Assembly: GCA_043801595.1 (NCBI GenBank)
Contig: JAZDLW010000021.1
Coordinates: forward strand, 1 to 64,000
Direction of reading: 5' to 3'
From: Candidatus Aenigmatarchaeota archaeon
Lineage (GTDB): Archaea; Aenigmatarchaeota; Aenigmatarchaeia; JACPZZ01
DNA length: 64,000 bases
In this document: positions 10,273-20,762 of the stretch, in pieces
Layout of the letters: every line of letters begins with the position of its first letter
Numbering within the stretch: position 1 is the first letter of the stretch
Made by a program: the position numbers and the translations under genes
The notes under the pieces: generated by a model
The model's input: the letters and a program-made list of their open reading frames with translations, nothing else
Database searches by the model: none
Told to the model about the DNA's origin: nothing

Positions 10273-10919
10273 ATGAAAATATAACAATAGTCGTTGATAA
10301 CAGGGAGATTGAAAGCAGCATAGGCAAGATGCTCGAATCGTACGGCGCGAGCGTAATAAACTCAAGCCTGGAAATAGCGGATTACATTCTTTCGGAAAGG
10401 GTTGCGGTTGAGCGAAAAACCACGACGGATTTTGTAAGTTCAATAAAGGACGGGCGGTTATTCTCCCAAGCCGAGGATATGGTACGCAATTTTGAGGCTC
10501 CAGTGCTCGTTATCGAAGGAAAGAACATATACAGAATAAGCGGCATGCACCCCAATGCCATACGCGGAGCGATTGCGAGCATTATCACGAATTACAAAAT
10601 ACCAGTGCTACAAACGAACAGTGCCGAAGAAACGGCAGCGCTGATGTTTTGGATAGCAAAACGGGAACAAATCGATGAAAAAAAACAGGTAAGCATCCAC
10701 GGAAAAAAGAAGACGCGGACTTTGAAAGAGGAGCAGGAATACCTGGTTGCGGGAATGCCGAAAATTTCGAGGGTCATTGCGCGAAGGCTGTTAAAACATT
10801 TCGGCTCACCGGCCAATGTTTTTTCGGCAAACGAAAATGATTTGCGCGAGGTAAAGGGCGTGGGACAAAACATCGCCAAAATAATAAAGCGGCTGCTAGA
10901 TGCGGAATACTGCGATTAA
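10269..10919 (+). CDS. ERCC4/XPF nuclease with HhH2 domain, Hef nuclease part
   Basis: VDNRE, ADYILS, ERKTTTDF (ERKxxxD), C-terminal HhH (VKGVG); ATGA overlap with the helicase. Confidence 0.92.
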   Translation: MNENITIVVDNREIESSIGKMLESYGASVINSSLEIADYILSERVAVERKTTTDFVSSIKDGRLFSQAEDMVRNFEAPVLVIEGKNIYRISGMHPNAIRGAIASIITNYKIPVLQTNSAEETAALMFWIAKREQIDEKKQVSIHGKKKTRTLKEEQEYLVAGMPKISRVIARRLLKHFGSPANVFSANENDLREVKGVGQNIAKIIKRLLDAEYCD

Positions 10920-10956
10920 ACCAAAGTAACGGTAATGACGTAAAAGAGGGTTTCAT

Positions 10957-11514
10957 GTGCGTAGGTTAAACCGAAAACAGGCAAAATTATGGGTTATTAC
11001 GGTATTCCTCGCAAGGGTGGCGATGTTCTCGCTCCCGCTTTACTTCATACTTTGGATAAACCCGAGTTTTGCGTTTTTGCAGTATGCTGTCCGCGACAAT
11101 GTCGTATACCTCTCGAATGCTGCAGGCATTGAAATAAACGTGGATGGTTTTGACCTGAACCTGAATACGATCAACGGACCGATGATAATCAACATTGCCG
11201 AGGACTGCACAGGCTGGAAGGCTGTTCTGGCGTATGTCGCACTTGTGTTCGCGGTTCCTGGAACTGAAAACCGCAAAAGGCTGATCGGGCTTGCCGGCGT
11301 TCCTGTGATTTATGCGATAAACGTGGCGCGCATAGTTTTCCTCGTATTGGTTGCTTCGAACATGGGACTCGGTGATTTCAGGCTTTTTCACGAACTTCTG
11401 CTGAAACTCGGAATGTCAGCGGCGATTTTCGGCGCATGGTATATATGGATGGCGAAAACTGAAGTAAAAATAAAGGCTGAAAGGTTTGCAGCGCCTTTCC
11501 AGTTTAAGCGATAA
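10957..11514 (+). CDS. Archaeosortase/exosortase family protein
   Basis: Multi-TM; catalytic-type C (EDCTG), R (NVARI) and H (LFH). Confidence 0.8.
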   Translation: MRRLNRKQAKLWVITVFLARVAMFSLPLYFILWINPSFAFLQYAVRDNVVYLSNAAGIEINVDGFDLNLNTINGPMIINIAEDCTGWKAVLAYVALVFAVPGTENRKRLIGLAGVPVIYAINVARIVFLVLVASNMGLGDFRLFHELLLKLGMSAAIFGAWYIWMAKTEVKIKAERFAAPFQFKR

Positions 11515-11574
11515 CAAACCGCGGTTTTGACACCTTGGAAAGATTTATAACATACCAAGAAGAAACTTTATTTA

Positions 11575-13041
11575 ATGCCAGAAATGATGGTTAGTTCTGT
11601 AGATGACTCTAGAATTAAAGACTTTGAGGAGAAGCTTTCCGAGATCGAGGATTTCCAACTGCTGAATAAACTTGACATAATCGCCATAAAGGAGCAGCTT
11701 GAGCATATCGAAAAGTTGTCACAGTCGCTTACGCCGGAAACGCAGCAAAGGCTTGCGTGGGTCGAGCAGATAACAAAAAGCGACAAGTTCCAGTCAATAG
11801 AAAAACTGATAGACGAGGTTCACAACATTGAATCCACAATCGAACAGGCCAAAACCGGTTTAAGCGCCGAACAAATAGACAGCATAAAAGGCGAAATTTC
11901 TTCAAAGGTCGAGCAGGACATATCGCTGTTAAAACAAAAACTCGGCACAGAGAAGCCTGTCGCAATCGGCGCCGAAAGCAACGACCTGATCAACGAGGTA
12001 GAAGCCCTGAAGGTCAAAATAGCGAGCGTAGAAAGTTCTATAACGTCTTCCAAGAAATCGTTGAAATCCGGTGACAATGATCTTAACGGCAAAATACAGG
12101 AAATGGACTCAAGAATAAATTCACTTGTGCAGAGCGCGAGAGAGCAGATAAAAGCCGATTTCGATGCCGAGCTTCAAAGCAGTTCAAACAAGATATACAG
12201 CGAATTAAGGTCGTCGATCGGAAACTTCGGCAAAGAACTTGGCGAGGACTCGACTGCTGTCAAGAATCTCATAGGCCTAAAGAACGATTTCGAAGGGTTC
12301 AAGACGGAAATCAAGAATGAATTGGATTCCAAATTTACCGATCTGGAAAGCCGATTAAAACCGGTTGAAAATTACGGCGATTTCAAGAACGAACTGAAGG
12401 CGGAGGTTGACAAGATCCGCGACTTCACGATGCGCGACCTGAATGAGAAGATGAACGAACTTCAATTAACAATGTCAAAATCCGGAATGGATGAGACCAA
12501 ACGCGACATCTATGAGGACTTCCACAAGTTCAAGATTTCGATAATAGACCAGATTTCGAAGAGCGCAGAGGACGTCGAAGCGAAGATAACGCCGCAGGTT
12601 AACGCATGGCACACGGATGCTGAGAAAACGCTGCAGAAAAACAAGGATGCCTATGCGGAACTTGTCAAGTTCAGGATAGCGACAATGGACGAGATAGCGA
12701 ACAGGACAAAAGAGATCAAGGAGTCAATGATGTCCCAAGTTCCGGCGGAAATCCACGCAATGCGCGTTGACATTGACAATAAAATAAACCAGTTCCAGCA
12801 GCAGGTGTCTGAAATAAAACTCCTTAAGACCGATGTCGAAGATTTCAGGAAGACGCTGGAACGCTCCAAAGTTGGAGAGTTGGACAGGCTATCCGGTGAA
12901 GTTGAACGCGTAAAGGCGCGCGGCGAATGGCTTGAAGATGAACTCCTTAAAAAGGACATGACGTCGCTGATCGAGCGCACAAACGACCTGGAAATGGAAA
13001 TAGACAAAGTCAAGGCTTTAATGCCGGTTGTCCTGGAGTAA
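11575..13041 (+). CDS. Long coiled-coil protein
   Basis: 488-aa E/K/D/L-rich heptad sequence with no TM. Confidence 0.75.
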   Translation: MPEMMVSSVDDSRIKDFEEKLSEIEDFQLLNKLDIIAIKEQLEHIEKLSQSLTPETQQRLAWVEQITKSDKFQSIEKLIDEVHNIESTIEQAKTGLSAEQIDSIKGEISSKVEQDISLLKQKLGTEKPVAIGAESNDLINEVEALKVKIASVESSITSSKKSLKSGDNDLNGKIQEMDSRINSLVQSAREQIKADFDAELQSSSNKIYSELRSSIGNFGKELGEDSTAVKNLIGLKNDFEGFKTEIKNELDSKFTDLESRLKPVENYGDFKNELKAEVDKIRDFTMRDLNEKMNELQLTMSKSGMDETKRDIYEDFHKFKISIIDQISKSAEDVEAKITPQVNAWHTDAEKTLQKNKDAYAELVKFRIATMDEIANRTKEIKESMMSQVPAEIHAMRVDIDNKINQFQQQVSEIKLLKTDVEDFRKTLERSKVGELDRLSGEVERVKARGEWLEDELLKKDMTSLIERTNDLEMEIDKVKALMPVVLE

Positions 13042-13055
13042 ACGCTTTTTTGCTA

Positions 13056-13922
13056 TCATGCTAACGAGATTAAAATAAGGTATAGCGCGTCTCCGTAGAA
13101 CAGTGTGAACAGGAATGCCAGCAAAAACACTGGCGTGAAGCGCACGCCTTCTTTGATCTTCACGTAACCGCCCTTTGCGCGAAGGCTTCTTATCAATTTC
13201 GGATCAGGGACGCGCAGCAGTTTTGCGGAAATGGGTATGTCGCCGTACTTAAGATCCGACGCGCGTATGCGCCGCACAAAGATTTTCTCGTCAATGATCT
13301 TTACGTAGCGCCACAACAAAATCAATAAAATAAAATAGACGACAAAGCCTGTTGGCAGTGACAATGATCCGGCAAAAGCGTTTATGCCAATGTTTTTAAG
13401 CATCAAATAAAACGAGCTGAATGCGAACAATGCGATCAAGAATACCGCCGATAAAAGTTTTTTCGAATTACGCCTCAAGTCGCTGCGGAGATAAACGAAA
13501 ACGCGCAAATTCCTTGCGCCCAGCACAAAGGAATACGCTATCATGTAAAAACCGCCTATGGCAAAAACGTTTGATATCAGCATCAGCGGCAGCGGAAGAA
13601 AATATGACGGTTTCAGGAAATCGACGCTTAACGGAAATAAAAAACCGAGCGCCCCAAGCACGTACGCGTCTCCGTCCGCCCAGCTGCCGGCAAAATAAAG
13701 TATGTAACCGATTCCCAGAAGAAGGATACCGGTTAACAAAGAGTCTGTGAATGCTGAATAGCTACCAGATAAGAACGACGATGCGAACTTGATCGCAAGC
13801 GTGCCGGCGATCATTGCGTAAGGCACCCAATCCGGAAACTCGGTCGTTTTCAGGTCCTTGTATCCGACGTAACCGAAGCCTATAATACCGATCAGGACCA
13901 GCAAAAGCTCGAACATTGCCAC
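13056..13922 (-). CDS. A24 prepilin/preflagellin peptidase
   Basis: DLKTTEFPD, WADGD (GxGD variant), C-terminal VRFTP; multi-TM; divergent from the pilin cluster. Confidence 0.88.
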   Translation of the reverse strand: MAMFELLLVLIGIIGFGYVGYKDLKTTEFPDWVPYAMIAGTLAIKFASSFLSGSYSAFTDSLLTGILLLGIGYILYFAGSWADGDAYVLGALGFLFPLSVDFLKPSYFLPLPLMLISNVFAIGGFYMIAYSFVLGARNLRVFVYLRSDLRRNSKKLLSAVFLIALFAFSSFYLMLKNIGINAFAGSLSLPTGFVVYFILLILLWRYVKIIDEKIFVRRIRASDLKYGDIPISAKLLRVPDPKLIRSLRAKGGYVKIKEGVRFTPVFLLAFLFTLFYGDALYLILISLA

Positions 13923-14056
13923 AGCTCCATTATCTTGAGTGAATTCTGATTATTAAATAACCGGACTGTATGCACTGTTTCTTGCGTTCTGACCGCCAAA
14001 CGGACAACGTGTTTATTTCTTATATGAAATGGAAATTAATTCATCGGGATCTCTAA

Positions 14057-15340
14057 ATGGTAAACATTGACGACATGATAAGCTTGGTAATATTCCTGAC
14101 TTTTTTCATAATGTCAATAGCCTATTTCTCGACTTTACAGAATCCCACCCGGATAGAGTTAGAGTCACTGGCACACGACATAGCCGGAAAGATCCTTACG
14201 CCAAAGTACCTGACCTGGAACGTGACGAAGACGGCGATATTCGTCAATGCCAGCTCAGCCCAAAATTTGTATCCGATTGACATGCGAATCGCATTCCCGG
14301 CGCAGACGAAATCAAGCTCGATAAAGGTGCGATACCACGCAAACGGCAAAGACGTGGGTTTTGTGTACGCAAACGCAACTACGCACGAATTGACAATGCT
14401 CGCAAACCTTAGCGCGGGCAAAAACATGTTTGACGTGTTTTACAGCTATACCGACTCCTCGCAAACTATAACAACGTCGGACCTTGTCGCCAACGGGCTG
14501 CTTTTTTCAAACAGCGTAATAAACGGCGAATTTTCACAGGGCGGCGACATAGTCTCGGTCAGCTACAGGAACGGCGACAACCCGTGGGTTTCCGACGGAC
14601 TTATGGCAGGCTCTGCGACATACCAGGCAACCTCTCACACCACGAACCTCAACCCTGTAATGATGCAATACGACTTTACAAACGGGTCAACTACAAAAAC
14701 ATTCAGGATATACGCATTCAACCCGATAATACGCGTGAACATTTCAACCGGAAATTACACATGGACTCAGAGATTTTCAACGAATATCAACAGGACGTTC
14801 GCGGATGCCGATCACGCGCTAAACGGCAGCGGAGCCGTTGTTTTTTCCGGTTCGACAAACTTCTTGGACGCATACACTTCGCCTGGGATAACAACGACCG
14901 GAATAACATTTTCCGATGCGAATATGAATGCGACAATATTAGACGGTGCGTCTTACAGGGAGATCAAGATATCGAATTACACGGGCAGCTCATACGAAAT
15001 TTATTTTCACAGCGGCCCGTACACGAGCGGCAAACCCTATAACGATTTGCGAATATCGCTCGGAGCCACGCAACTATTTACGGACGAGGTCACTGGCATA
15101 AAGGCGTCGATGATAACGTCGTTAAACGCAACCGATTACAACACTTTGAAAAAGAATATCGGAACCCCGAAAGATTTCAGCATACAGATCGAGAACGCAT
15201 CCGACAACAGCATCTTGCTTGACTACGGCAAATCACCACCAGGCTCGTCGGATGTCGTCGTGTACAGGAACATTGAAAATCTGCTGACCGCGGATTATGA
15301 CCTTCAAAGGGTTTTAGTGAGGGTAAAGACATGGAACTAA
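14057..15340 (+). CDS. Pilin-cluster protein with N-terminal TM and N/T/S-rich extracellular domain
   Basis: N-terminal hydrophobic helix, many N-x-S/T sequons, heads the pilin operon. Confidence 0.7.
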   Translation: MVNIDDMISLVIFLTFFIMSIAYFSTLQNPTRIELESLAHDIAGKILTPKYLTWNVTKTAIFVNASSAQNLYPIDMRIAFPAQTKSSSIKVRYHANGKDVGFVYANATTHELTMLANLSAGKNMFDVFYSYTDSSQTITTSDLVANGLLFSNSVINGEFSQGGDIVSVSYRNGDNPWVSDGLMAGSATYQATSHTTNLNPVMMQYDFTNGSTTKTFRIYAFNPIIRVNISTGNYTWTQRFSTNINRTFADADHALNGSGAVVFSGSTNFLDAYTSPGITTTGITFSDANMNATILDGASYREIKISNYTGSSYEIYFHSGPYTSGKPYNDLRISLGATQLFTDEVTGIKASMITSLNATDYNTLKKNIGTPKDFSIQIENASDNSILLDYGKSPPGSSDVVVYRNIENLLTADYDLQRVLVRVKTWN

Positions 15341-15765
15341 ACTTTTTCCGGAAGTCCTATGAACAACGGTTCACTGTTAGAATAGCTAAAGGGCAGATGC
15401 ACATGATCGAGGCTATCATTGCCGTATCGATGATACTCACGTTTTTGATACTTCTTCGTGCGAAATTAACCCCGGTCGAGGATACGGGAATCGAACAAGC
15501 GCTTGCATTTCAGGCATTGAACTCTCTTGACAAGGGGGGGTTATTGCGAAGCTATGCTATCAATGAAAATTATACAGGGCTCGATGCCGAGGTTAACGCG
15601 GTAATACCATCCGAATTCAGCCATGCAATACGATTTTGCTATCTGGGCGAAAGATGCATAGGCGGTGCGCTGCCGGACAAGAACATTTACACAGCGGCGT
15701 ACGTGATCGCAGGAAACGAAACGAACTTCAAGCCGGTACAAGTGTTGCTGCACATGTGGAGATGA
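15331..15765 (+). CDS. Type IV pilin-like protein (class III signal peptide)
   Basis: KG|QMHMIE followed by a hydrophobic helix. Confidence 0.78.
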   Translation: MELNFFRKSYEQRFTVRIAKGQMHMIEAIIAVSMILTFLILLRAKLTPVEDTGIEQALAFQALNSLDKGGLLRSYAINENYTGLDAEVNAVIPSEFSHAIRFCYLGERCIGGALPDKNIYTAAYVIAGNETNFKPVQVLLHMWR

Positions 15766-16340
15766 ATGGTGTGAAAGGACAATTTTTCATCATAGGCGCA
15801 TTGGCGCTGATACTCTTCATGTTCTACGCGCACTACAATGCGAGATTCGACCTGCCTAAGACCGCGGATTATTCGCAGAACCTGTTCTCAAACATGAAAA
15901 CAGAGATCCTGCGGTCTGCGTCATACGCCTATTACCAGGGCGCGTACTCCCACTCCGTAGAGTCGAACGTATCGTCGTTTGTGGATTTTCTGAGGAACGT
16001 GTCAACTTCGCATGGGCAGCGGCTTGAAACGCTGGTGATTGTCATGATTCCGCTTTCTTCGAGTTATAACGTGAGCGCGATAAACTTCCTTTCCCAGACA
16101 ATAGACCTCAACATAACAATTTCCGGGGTTGAGAAGAACACGACCGGCCTTGTTGACAAAGGCGTTGCCAAATTTGTTTTTAGCGGCGTTGACGAAAATG
16201 CGACCGTGAGCGTCACGTACATGCGCGCGGGCGCCAAACTCTCCGATGCGTTCAATATAACCGCGAGAAAGTTAAACACGTACGCTGAAATCAGGCTTTT
16301 ATCCTCGCTATCAACGTGGTCGGACAGAGTTACCGGATAA
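15762..16340 (+). CDS. Type IV pilin-like protein (class III signal peptide)
   Basis: MNGVKG|QFFIIG followed by a hydrophobic helix; ATGA overlap. Confidence 0.78.
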   Translation: MNGVKGQFFIIGALALILFMFYAHYNARFDLPKTADYSQNLFSNMKTEILRSASYAYYQGAYSHSVESNVSSFVDFLRNVSTSHGQRLETLVIVMIPLSSSYNVSAINFLSQTIDLNITISGVEKNTTGLVDKGVAKFVFSGVDENATVSVTYMRAGAKLSDAFNITARKLNTYAEIRLLSSLSTWSDRVTG

Positions 16341-16388
16341 CGATTAAAGGTAATTAATGGGAAAAAATAAAGTATTATCTGACCTTAC

Positions 16389-17105
16389 ATGAGAAAGGGG
16401 ATAAGTCCGCTTATAGCGGGTGTCATTTATACGGCCCTTGTGGTGACAACAGTAACACTCGTTATCACGCTCGGTTTGCCGCAGCTTGACCGGGTTACGG
16501 AATCGACGCTTTACCTCAATGTCAGGGAGGGGATGACAAACCTTGACAAGGCTATACAAACCGTTGCGTCAGAAGGACGCGGTTCTGTCCGAATCATTCC
16601 TTTGGAAATACGGAACGGCGCATTGGCAATAGACCAAATAAATGACATGGTCAGATACGAGATGGAAACAACATCGGAGATAGTTTCGCCGAAAACGGCG
16701 GTAAAGTTTGGCAACCTTGTTATCGGATCGAACGCGGACGTAAACGCCTCGGAGAACGCGACACACTACACGCTAAAAAACTCAAGGCTTCAGGTGACGC
16801 TAAGAAAGGTCGGTTCGCTGACAGCTGCGACATCGATAAACACAACCGAGATCGTGCAGGAAATAAAGGTCCTGTCAACGAATAAAACGCTGCCGCTCGC
16901 CGCGAACGGCACGGTCATGCAGTTCATAGTCAATAACGACGTTTCATTATCGTCGGGAACGGGCTTCACAACCCTGCAAGAGGCTGGAACAGTGTTATCG
17001 CAGGGCAATGTAAGCGTGTTCGTTAATTCGACATCGGGCGATTACACCCTCGACTTAATACTCGAGTCGGAAGCCGATTACCTTACGGTTTTGGTAAAGG
17101 ATTAG
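16389..17105 (+). CDS. Type IV pilin-like protein
   Basis: MRKG|ISPLIAGVI class III signal peptide. Confidence 0.82.
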   Translation: MRKGISPLIAGVIYTALVVTTVTLVITLGLPQLDRVTESTLYLNVREGMTNLDKAIQTVASEGRGSVRIIPLEIRNGALAIDQINDMVRYEMETTSEIVSPKTAVKFGNLVIGSNADVNASENATHYTLKNSRLQVTLRKVGSLTAATSINTTEIVQEIKVLSTNKTLPLAANGTVMQFIVNNDVSLSSGTGFTTLQEAGTVLSQGNVSVFVNSTSGDYTLDLILESEADYLTVLVKD

Positions 17106-17153
17106 AACCATTGGATTTTATACGGACAAAATGAATAATTATTAGGTTGGAAA

Positions 17154-17630
17154 ATGAAGCCGATGCATCGCAAAGAAGTGAAAGGCGTGTCGCCTATGAT
17201 AGCGACAGTATTGCTCGTAGCGATGACTGTGACACTTGCCGCTGTAATAGTTCCTTGGGCGATAAATTTTGCGCAAACCCAGATGACCACTGTCAACACG
17301 CAAGGCGAGGAAAAAGTCAACTGCATTGAAGCGGGATTGAATTTCCAGTCAAGCGACGTAGGTTACGACAGCCTGGCAAATCCAGCGCGAATAAACGTCA
17401 CTATAACAAACACTGGCCTTGTCGGATTGTACGATTTCCGCCTACAGTTCAAACTTGGCGACAGTTATTCAGCTCTTTACTCGCCGACAACGCAGTATAA
17501 CGTGTCTGGAAAGGTAAGCCCGCAGCAAAAAGTTACGCTGAACGCGAGCATACCCCAATTGACGGGAACTTTAAAATCCGTGCGCGTAATATCCAACTAT
17601 TGCAAACTCGCCGCAGAAACGACACTATAG
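17154..17630 (+). CDS. Archaeal type IV pilin
   Basis: KG|VSPMIATVLLVAMTV archaeal pilin N-terminus; two Cys. Confidence 0.88.
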   Translation: MKPMHRKEVKGVSPMIATVLLVAMTVTLAAVIVPWAINFAQTQMTTVNTQGEEKVNCIEAGLNFQSSDVGYDSLANPARINVTITNTGLVGLYDFRLQFKLGDSYSALYSPTTQYNVSGKVSPQQKVTLNASIPQLTGTLKSVRVISNYCKLAAETTL

Positions 17631-17915
17631 AAGCAGGCCGGATACCGTAAATATCACCATCAGCATTATCACTATGAAAAGGAAGCCGAATGTGACATTT
17701 TTGTAAAAATCGAATCTTATCCTCTCCCTCTGATTAATGTCAAGTTCCAGTTTTCCCTGCTTCTCGTTGGAAAGGTTGTCGACCATCTTTTGAAGGTCTT
17801 CCATACCCAATTTCGACAAATATTCCATGTCATAGGGCTGCTGTCCCAGATCCTCGCGTATCCCGTTTATGGATTCTATGAGTTCGAGCTTGTTTTTTTC
17901 CAACAACAACGCCAT
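17625..17915 (-). CDS. Hypothetical protein with C-terminal TM
   Basis: ATG at 17915 preferred because the longer TTG start lies inside a repeat element. Confidence 0.65.
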   Translation of the reverse strand: MALLLEKNKLELIESINGIREDLGQQPYDMEYLSKLGMEDLQKMVDNLSNEKQGKLELDINQRERIRFDFYKNVTFGFLFIVIMLMVIFTVSGLLL

Positions 17916-17950
17916 AATTAATATTTTGTCCAAGCTTTCTTTTAAACGAG

Positions 17951-18000
17951 CTTTCAACGGAAACCTACGGTTTCAACGAAAACCCTTTGAGTTTCCTATG
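17951..18000 (+). repeat. Family-2 palindromic repeat, two stacked units
   Basis: CAACGGAAACC-TAC-GGTTTC-AACGAAAAC...GTTTCCTATG; matches 38225-38342 and 43921-43949. Confidence 0.7.
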
Positions 18001-18083
18001 ACAAGCATGGCTAAGAAATTCCAGCATAATCACGGTTTTTTATATCTGGACTCTCTAATTTTGTTGAAACCGGCGGTATTGAC

Positions 18084-18761
18084 ATGGGCGTTGATTTCTT
18101 GACAGGCGATAAAGTTTCCATCGAAAACGGACAATGCATAATCAGATTTGCGAGAAAAGCCGTAGAGGAATGGGTGAAAAATAATAAAACGCTGCACGAA
18201 ACGCCGCCGCAACAAATCTTCAACGAAAATCACGGTTTGATGCTTAGCATTCATCACTATCCTTCCCGAAAGCTGCATGGAAGGATTGGTTATCCATACC
18301 CGCTGAAAGGCGTTGCCGAGGTCCTGGTAAGATGCGCAGTATCGGCGTGCCAGGATCCCAGGTCGCCTTCGTTGAAATCAAGCGACCTGAACAATGTGAT
18401 AATCGAAGTTTCGGTTTTGTCGCAACCGAGATTGCTGATAAAACCGTACGAAAAAAACTTCAACCCAAACAAAGAAGGGCTGGTCGTTGTAAGGGGCGCG
18501 AAACACGCACTGATGATGCCGGGCGACATTCCGAAAAGCGGGAAAGACGCAATAACCGAGATAATGAAAAGGGCCGAAATAGAGAATACGGACAATATAA
18601 CGAAATTTTACAAGTTTGAGACGCAGACGTTCTTTGAAACCGCGCCTTCGGGCGGGATAATGGAGAAAACAGGCGCAAAACCGGCAAAAAAAGACGCAGG
18701 CATTGCTATAGCGAGCAAGTTGAAGAACAATAAACAATTTAAACATAAGAAAAGGGATTAG
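18084..18761 (+). CDS. AMMECR1-domain protein
   Basis: LHGRIGYPYP, ACQDPR, IEVSVLS, EGLVV; divergent AMMECR1 motifs. Confidence 0.8.
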   Translation: MGVDFLTGDKVSIENGQCIIRFARKAVEEWVKNNKTLHETPPQQIFNENHGLMLSIHHYPSRKLHGRIGYPYPLKGVAEVLVRCAVSACQDPRSPSLKSSDLNNVIIEVSVLSQPRLLIKPYEKNFNPNKEGLVVVRGAKHALMMPGDIPKSGKDAITEIMKRAEIENTDNITKFYKFETQTFFETAPSGGIMEKTGAKPAKKDAGIAIASKLKNNKQFKHKKRD

Positions 18762-18786
18762 GTATGAGAAACGGAGAAACATCTGC

Positions 18787-19206
18787 ATGACAAAAAGACC
18801 AAAGACCGAAAAACCTTCATGGGTTACGCACACGGAAGACGAGGTTGTGCAATTAATTGAAAAACTCGCGAAAGAAGGAAAAGATTCGGCGCAAATAGGG
18901 ATCGTACTGCGCGACCAATACGGCATACCTTCCGCAAGAACTGTTGCGGGAAAAAGGATAGCCGCGATAATGCGCGAAAAGAAACTCTATCCGAAAATAC
19001 CTGAAGATCTTTTCAGCCTGTTAAAACATGCTGTGCGCCTGCGCGGACACTTGGACAAAAACAAGAGAGACGCGCATTCGAAACGCGGGCTTGAGAAAGC
19101 CGAATCGCGGGTAAGAGACTTGATAAAATACTACATAAAAACAGGGTCTCTTCCCGAAGACTGGAAATACGATCCTGAACGCGCAAAGCTTCTGGTGCAG
19201 GAATAA
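18787..19206 (+). CDS. rps15: 30S ribosomal protein S15 (uS15)
   Basis: IGIVLRDQYGIP, PEDL, SKRGL, LPEDWKY. Confidence 0.97.
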   Translation: MTKRPKTEKPSWVTHTEDEVVQLIEKLAKEGKDSAQIGIVLRDQYGIPSARTVAGKRIAAIMREKKLYPKIPEDLFSLLKHAVRLRGHLDKNKRDAHSKRGLEKAESRVRDLIKYYIKTGSLPEDWKYDPERAKLLVQE

Positions 19207-19258
19207 CCGGTTTTTCACCGTTTAATAATCATTTCATACTGCTACTTGGGAAAATTCG

Positions 19259-20728
19259 ATGTTGGAAAAATTGGAATCGCTTGTACAGGAAGCGCACAAA
19301 GCTGCTGACATAATCCGCAACCATAAGGGAGCGGTACGCGTAATTTCACACATTGACTGCGACGGCGTTTGCAGCGCTGCCATAATGATACGGGCGCTTG
19401 CAAACAAGCAAAAAGTTTTCAGGTTCAGTTTTGCAAAATACCTTAACGATGCGAAGATCAACGAACTGGCAGAGGAAGCGAAACAGGGATTCTGGAATTT
19501 ACTTATTTTCACAGATCTCGGGTCAGGCGCAGCAGCGAGCCTCGGGCCGATACTCGAGCACGCAAAGGTGATTGTGGCAGACCATCATATGTTGTCCCAG
19601 AACGAGAAATCGGAGTATTATAATCATCCCAACCTTACCCACCTTAATCCGATCCTGTTTGGGCTAAAAGAGGATATTTCAGGTTCTGGTATGACGTATA
19701 TCCTAGCCAGGGCTCTGGATCCGGAAAACGTGATCTCAGGCGATCTGGCTATCATCGGTGCTATAGGCGATGCACAAACAGGAAGCATAGGCGACAAATG
19801 GCAAGTTCTGGGTTTAAATCAGGAGATTTTGAAGGACGCGGAGCGGATTGGGTCGTTAAAGATATTAAAAGGTATAAGACTGTGGGGACGCTTCTCCAGG
19901 CCTATACACAAGGCATTGGAGCTGTCAATTGATCCGTACATACCAGGTATATCCGGAAACGAGTCTGCTGCTGTCCAGTTCCTGACAGAACTGAAAATAC
20001 CGATCAAAATCAACGGCGGCTGGCGTTCGTTATCCGATCTGACAACCGAGGAACAACAACGCCTTGTCAGTGCTATTATAATAGAGCGACTTAGGCATAA
20101 TGATCCCAATCCTACGCAGATATTCGGCGATGTATACGAATTACCGCATCAGGTCGGCGAGTTCCGCGACGCACAGGAGTTCGCAACAATTGCGAACGCA
20201 TGCGGCAAATCCCTGCAGGGCTATCTTGCGATCGGCGCATGCCTTGGCGATGTTGACAAGATCGAACGCGTACGCGAAACTGTCACAAGTTACAAAAAAC
20301 GAATAGGAACGCTGGTAAACTGGGTTTTCAAGAACAAGGACAATTCCGAAATAGTGCGGATAACTGATAATGCCGCGTTCATTTTCGGCGGAGAAAAAAT
20401 CAACGAAGACCTTATTTCCACGGTAACATCGATAGCCCACCGCTCGGGGTTCATAGCGAGAAAAATAATCATAGGATTCGGCATAGCCGACAACAATGAG
20501 ATCAAAATATCGGCGCGCGCGGACGACAAAATGAAAATCGATCTCAACGAACTTATGCGCGAGTCATTGAAGGACTTGAGCGGGAGTGGCGGCGGGCATT
20601 TGCTGGCCGCTGGCGGAACAGTGCCGAAGGATAAATTGGAAAATTTCATTGCAACGATCAGCGAAAACATCGCAAAAAACAACGAAAAAACCGAAATGAA
20701 TGCCGAAAACAAGGAAGCGAAAGCTTAA
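19259..20728 (+). CDS. recJ: DHH-family RecJ-like exonuclease
   Basis: HIDCDG, DLGSG, DHH, GAIGD, GGGH..AAG; conserved rps15-recJ-rps3ae order. Confidence 0.9.
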   Translation: MLEKLESLVQEAHKAADIIRNHKGAVRVISHIDCDGVCSAAIMIRALANKQKVFRFSFAKYLNDAKINELAEEAKQGFWNLLIFTDLGSGAAASLGPILEHAKVIVADHHMLSQNEKSEYYNHPNLTHLNPILFGLKEDISGSGMTYILARALDPENVISGDLAIIGAIGDAQTGSIGDKWQVLGLNQEILKDAERIGSLKILKGIRLWGRFSRPIHKALELSIDPYIPGISGNESAAVQFLTELKIPIKINGGWRSLSDLTTEEQQRLVSAIIIERLRHNDPNPTQIFGDVYELPHQVGEFRDAQEFATIANACGKSLQGYLAIGACLGDVDKIERVRETVTSYKKRIGTLVNWVFKNKDNSEIVRITDNAAFIFGGEKINEDLISTVTSIAHRSGFIARKIIIGFGIADNNEIKISARADDKMKIDLNELMRESLKDLSGSGGGHLLAAGGTVPKDKLENFIATISENIAKNNEKTEMNAENKEAKA

Positions 20729-20762
20729 AATACGATCCTGTACTAATAAGGGAAGAGCTTAT

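Noticed and set aside
10255..10275. Programmed frameshift joining Hef helicase and nuclease
   Set aside because: Clean ATGA stop/start overlap and no convincing slippery heptamer; a split gene is simpler.
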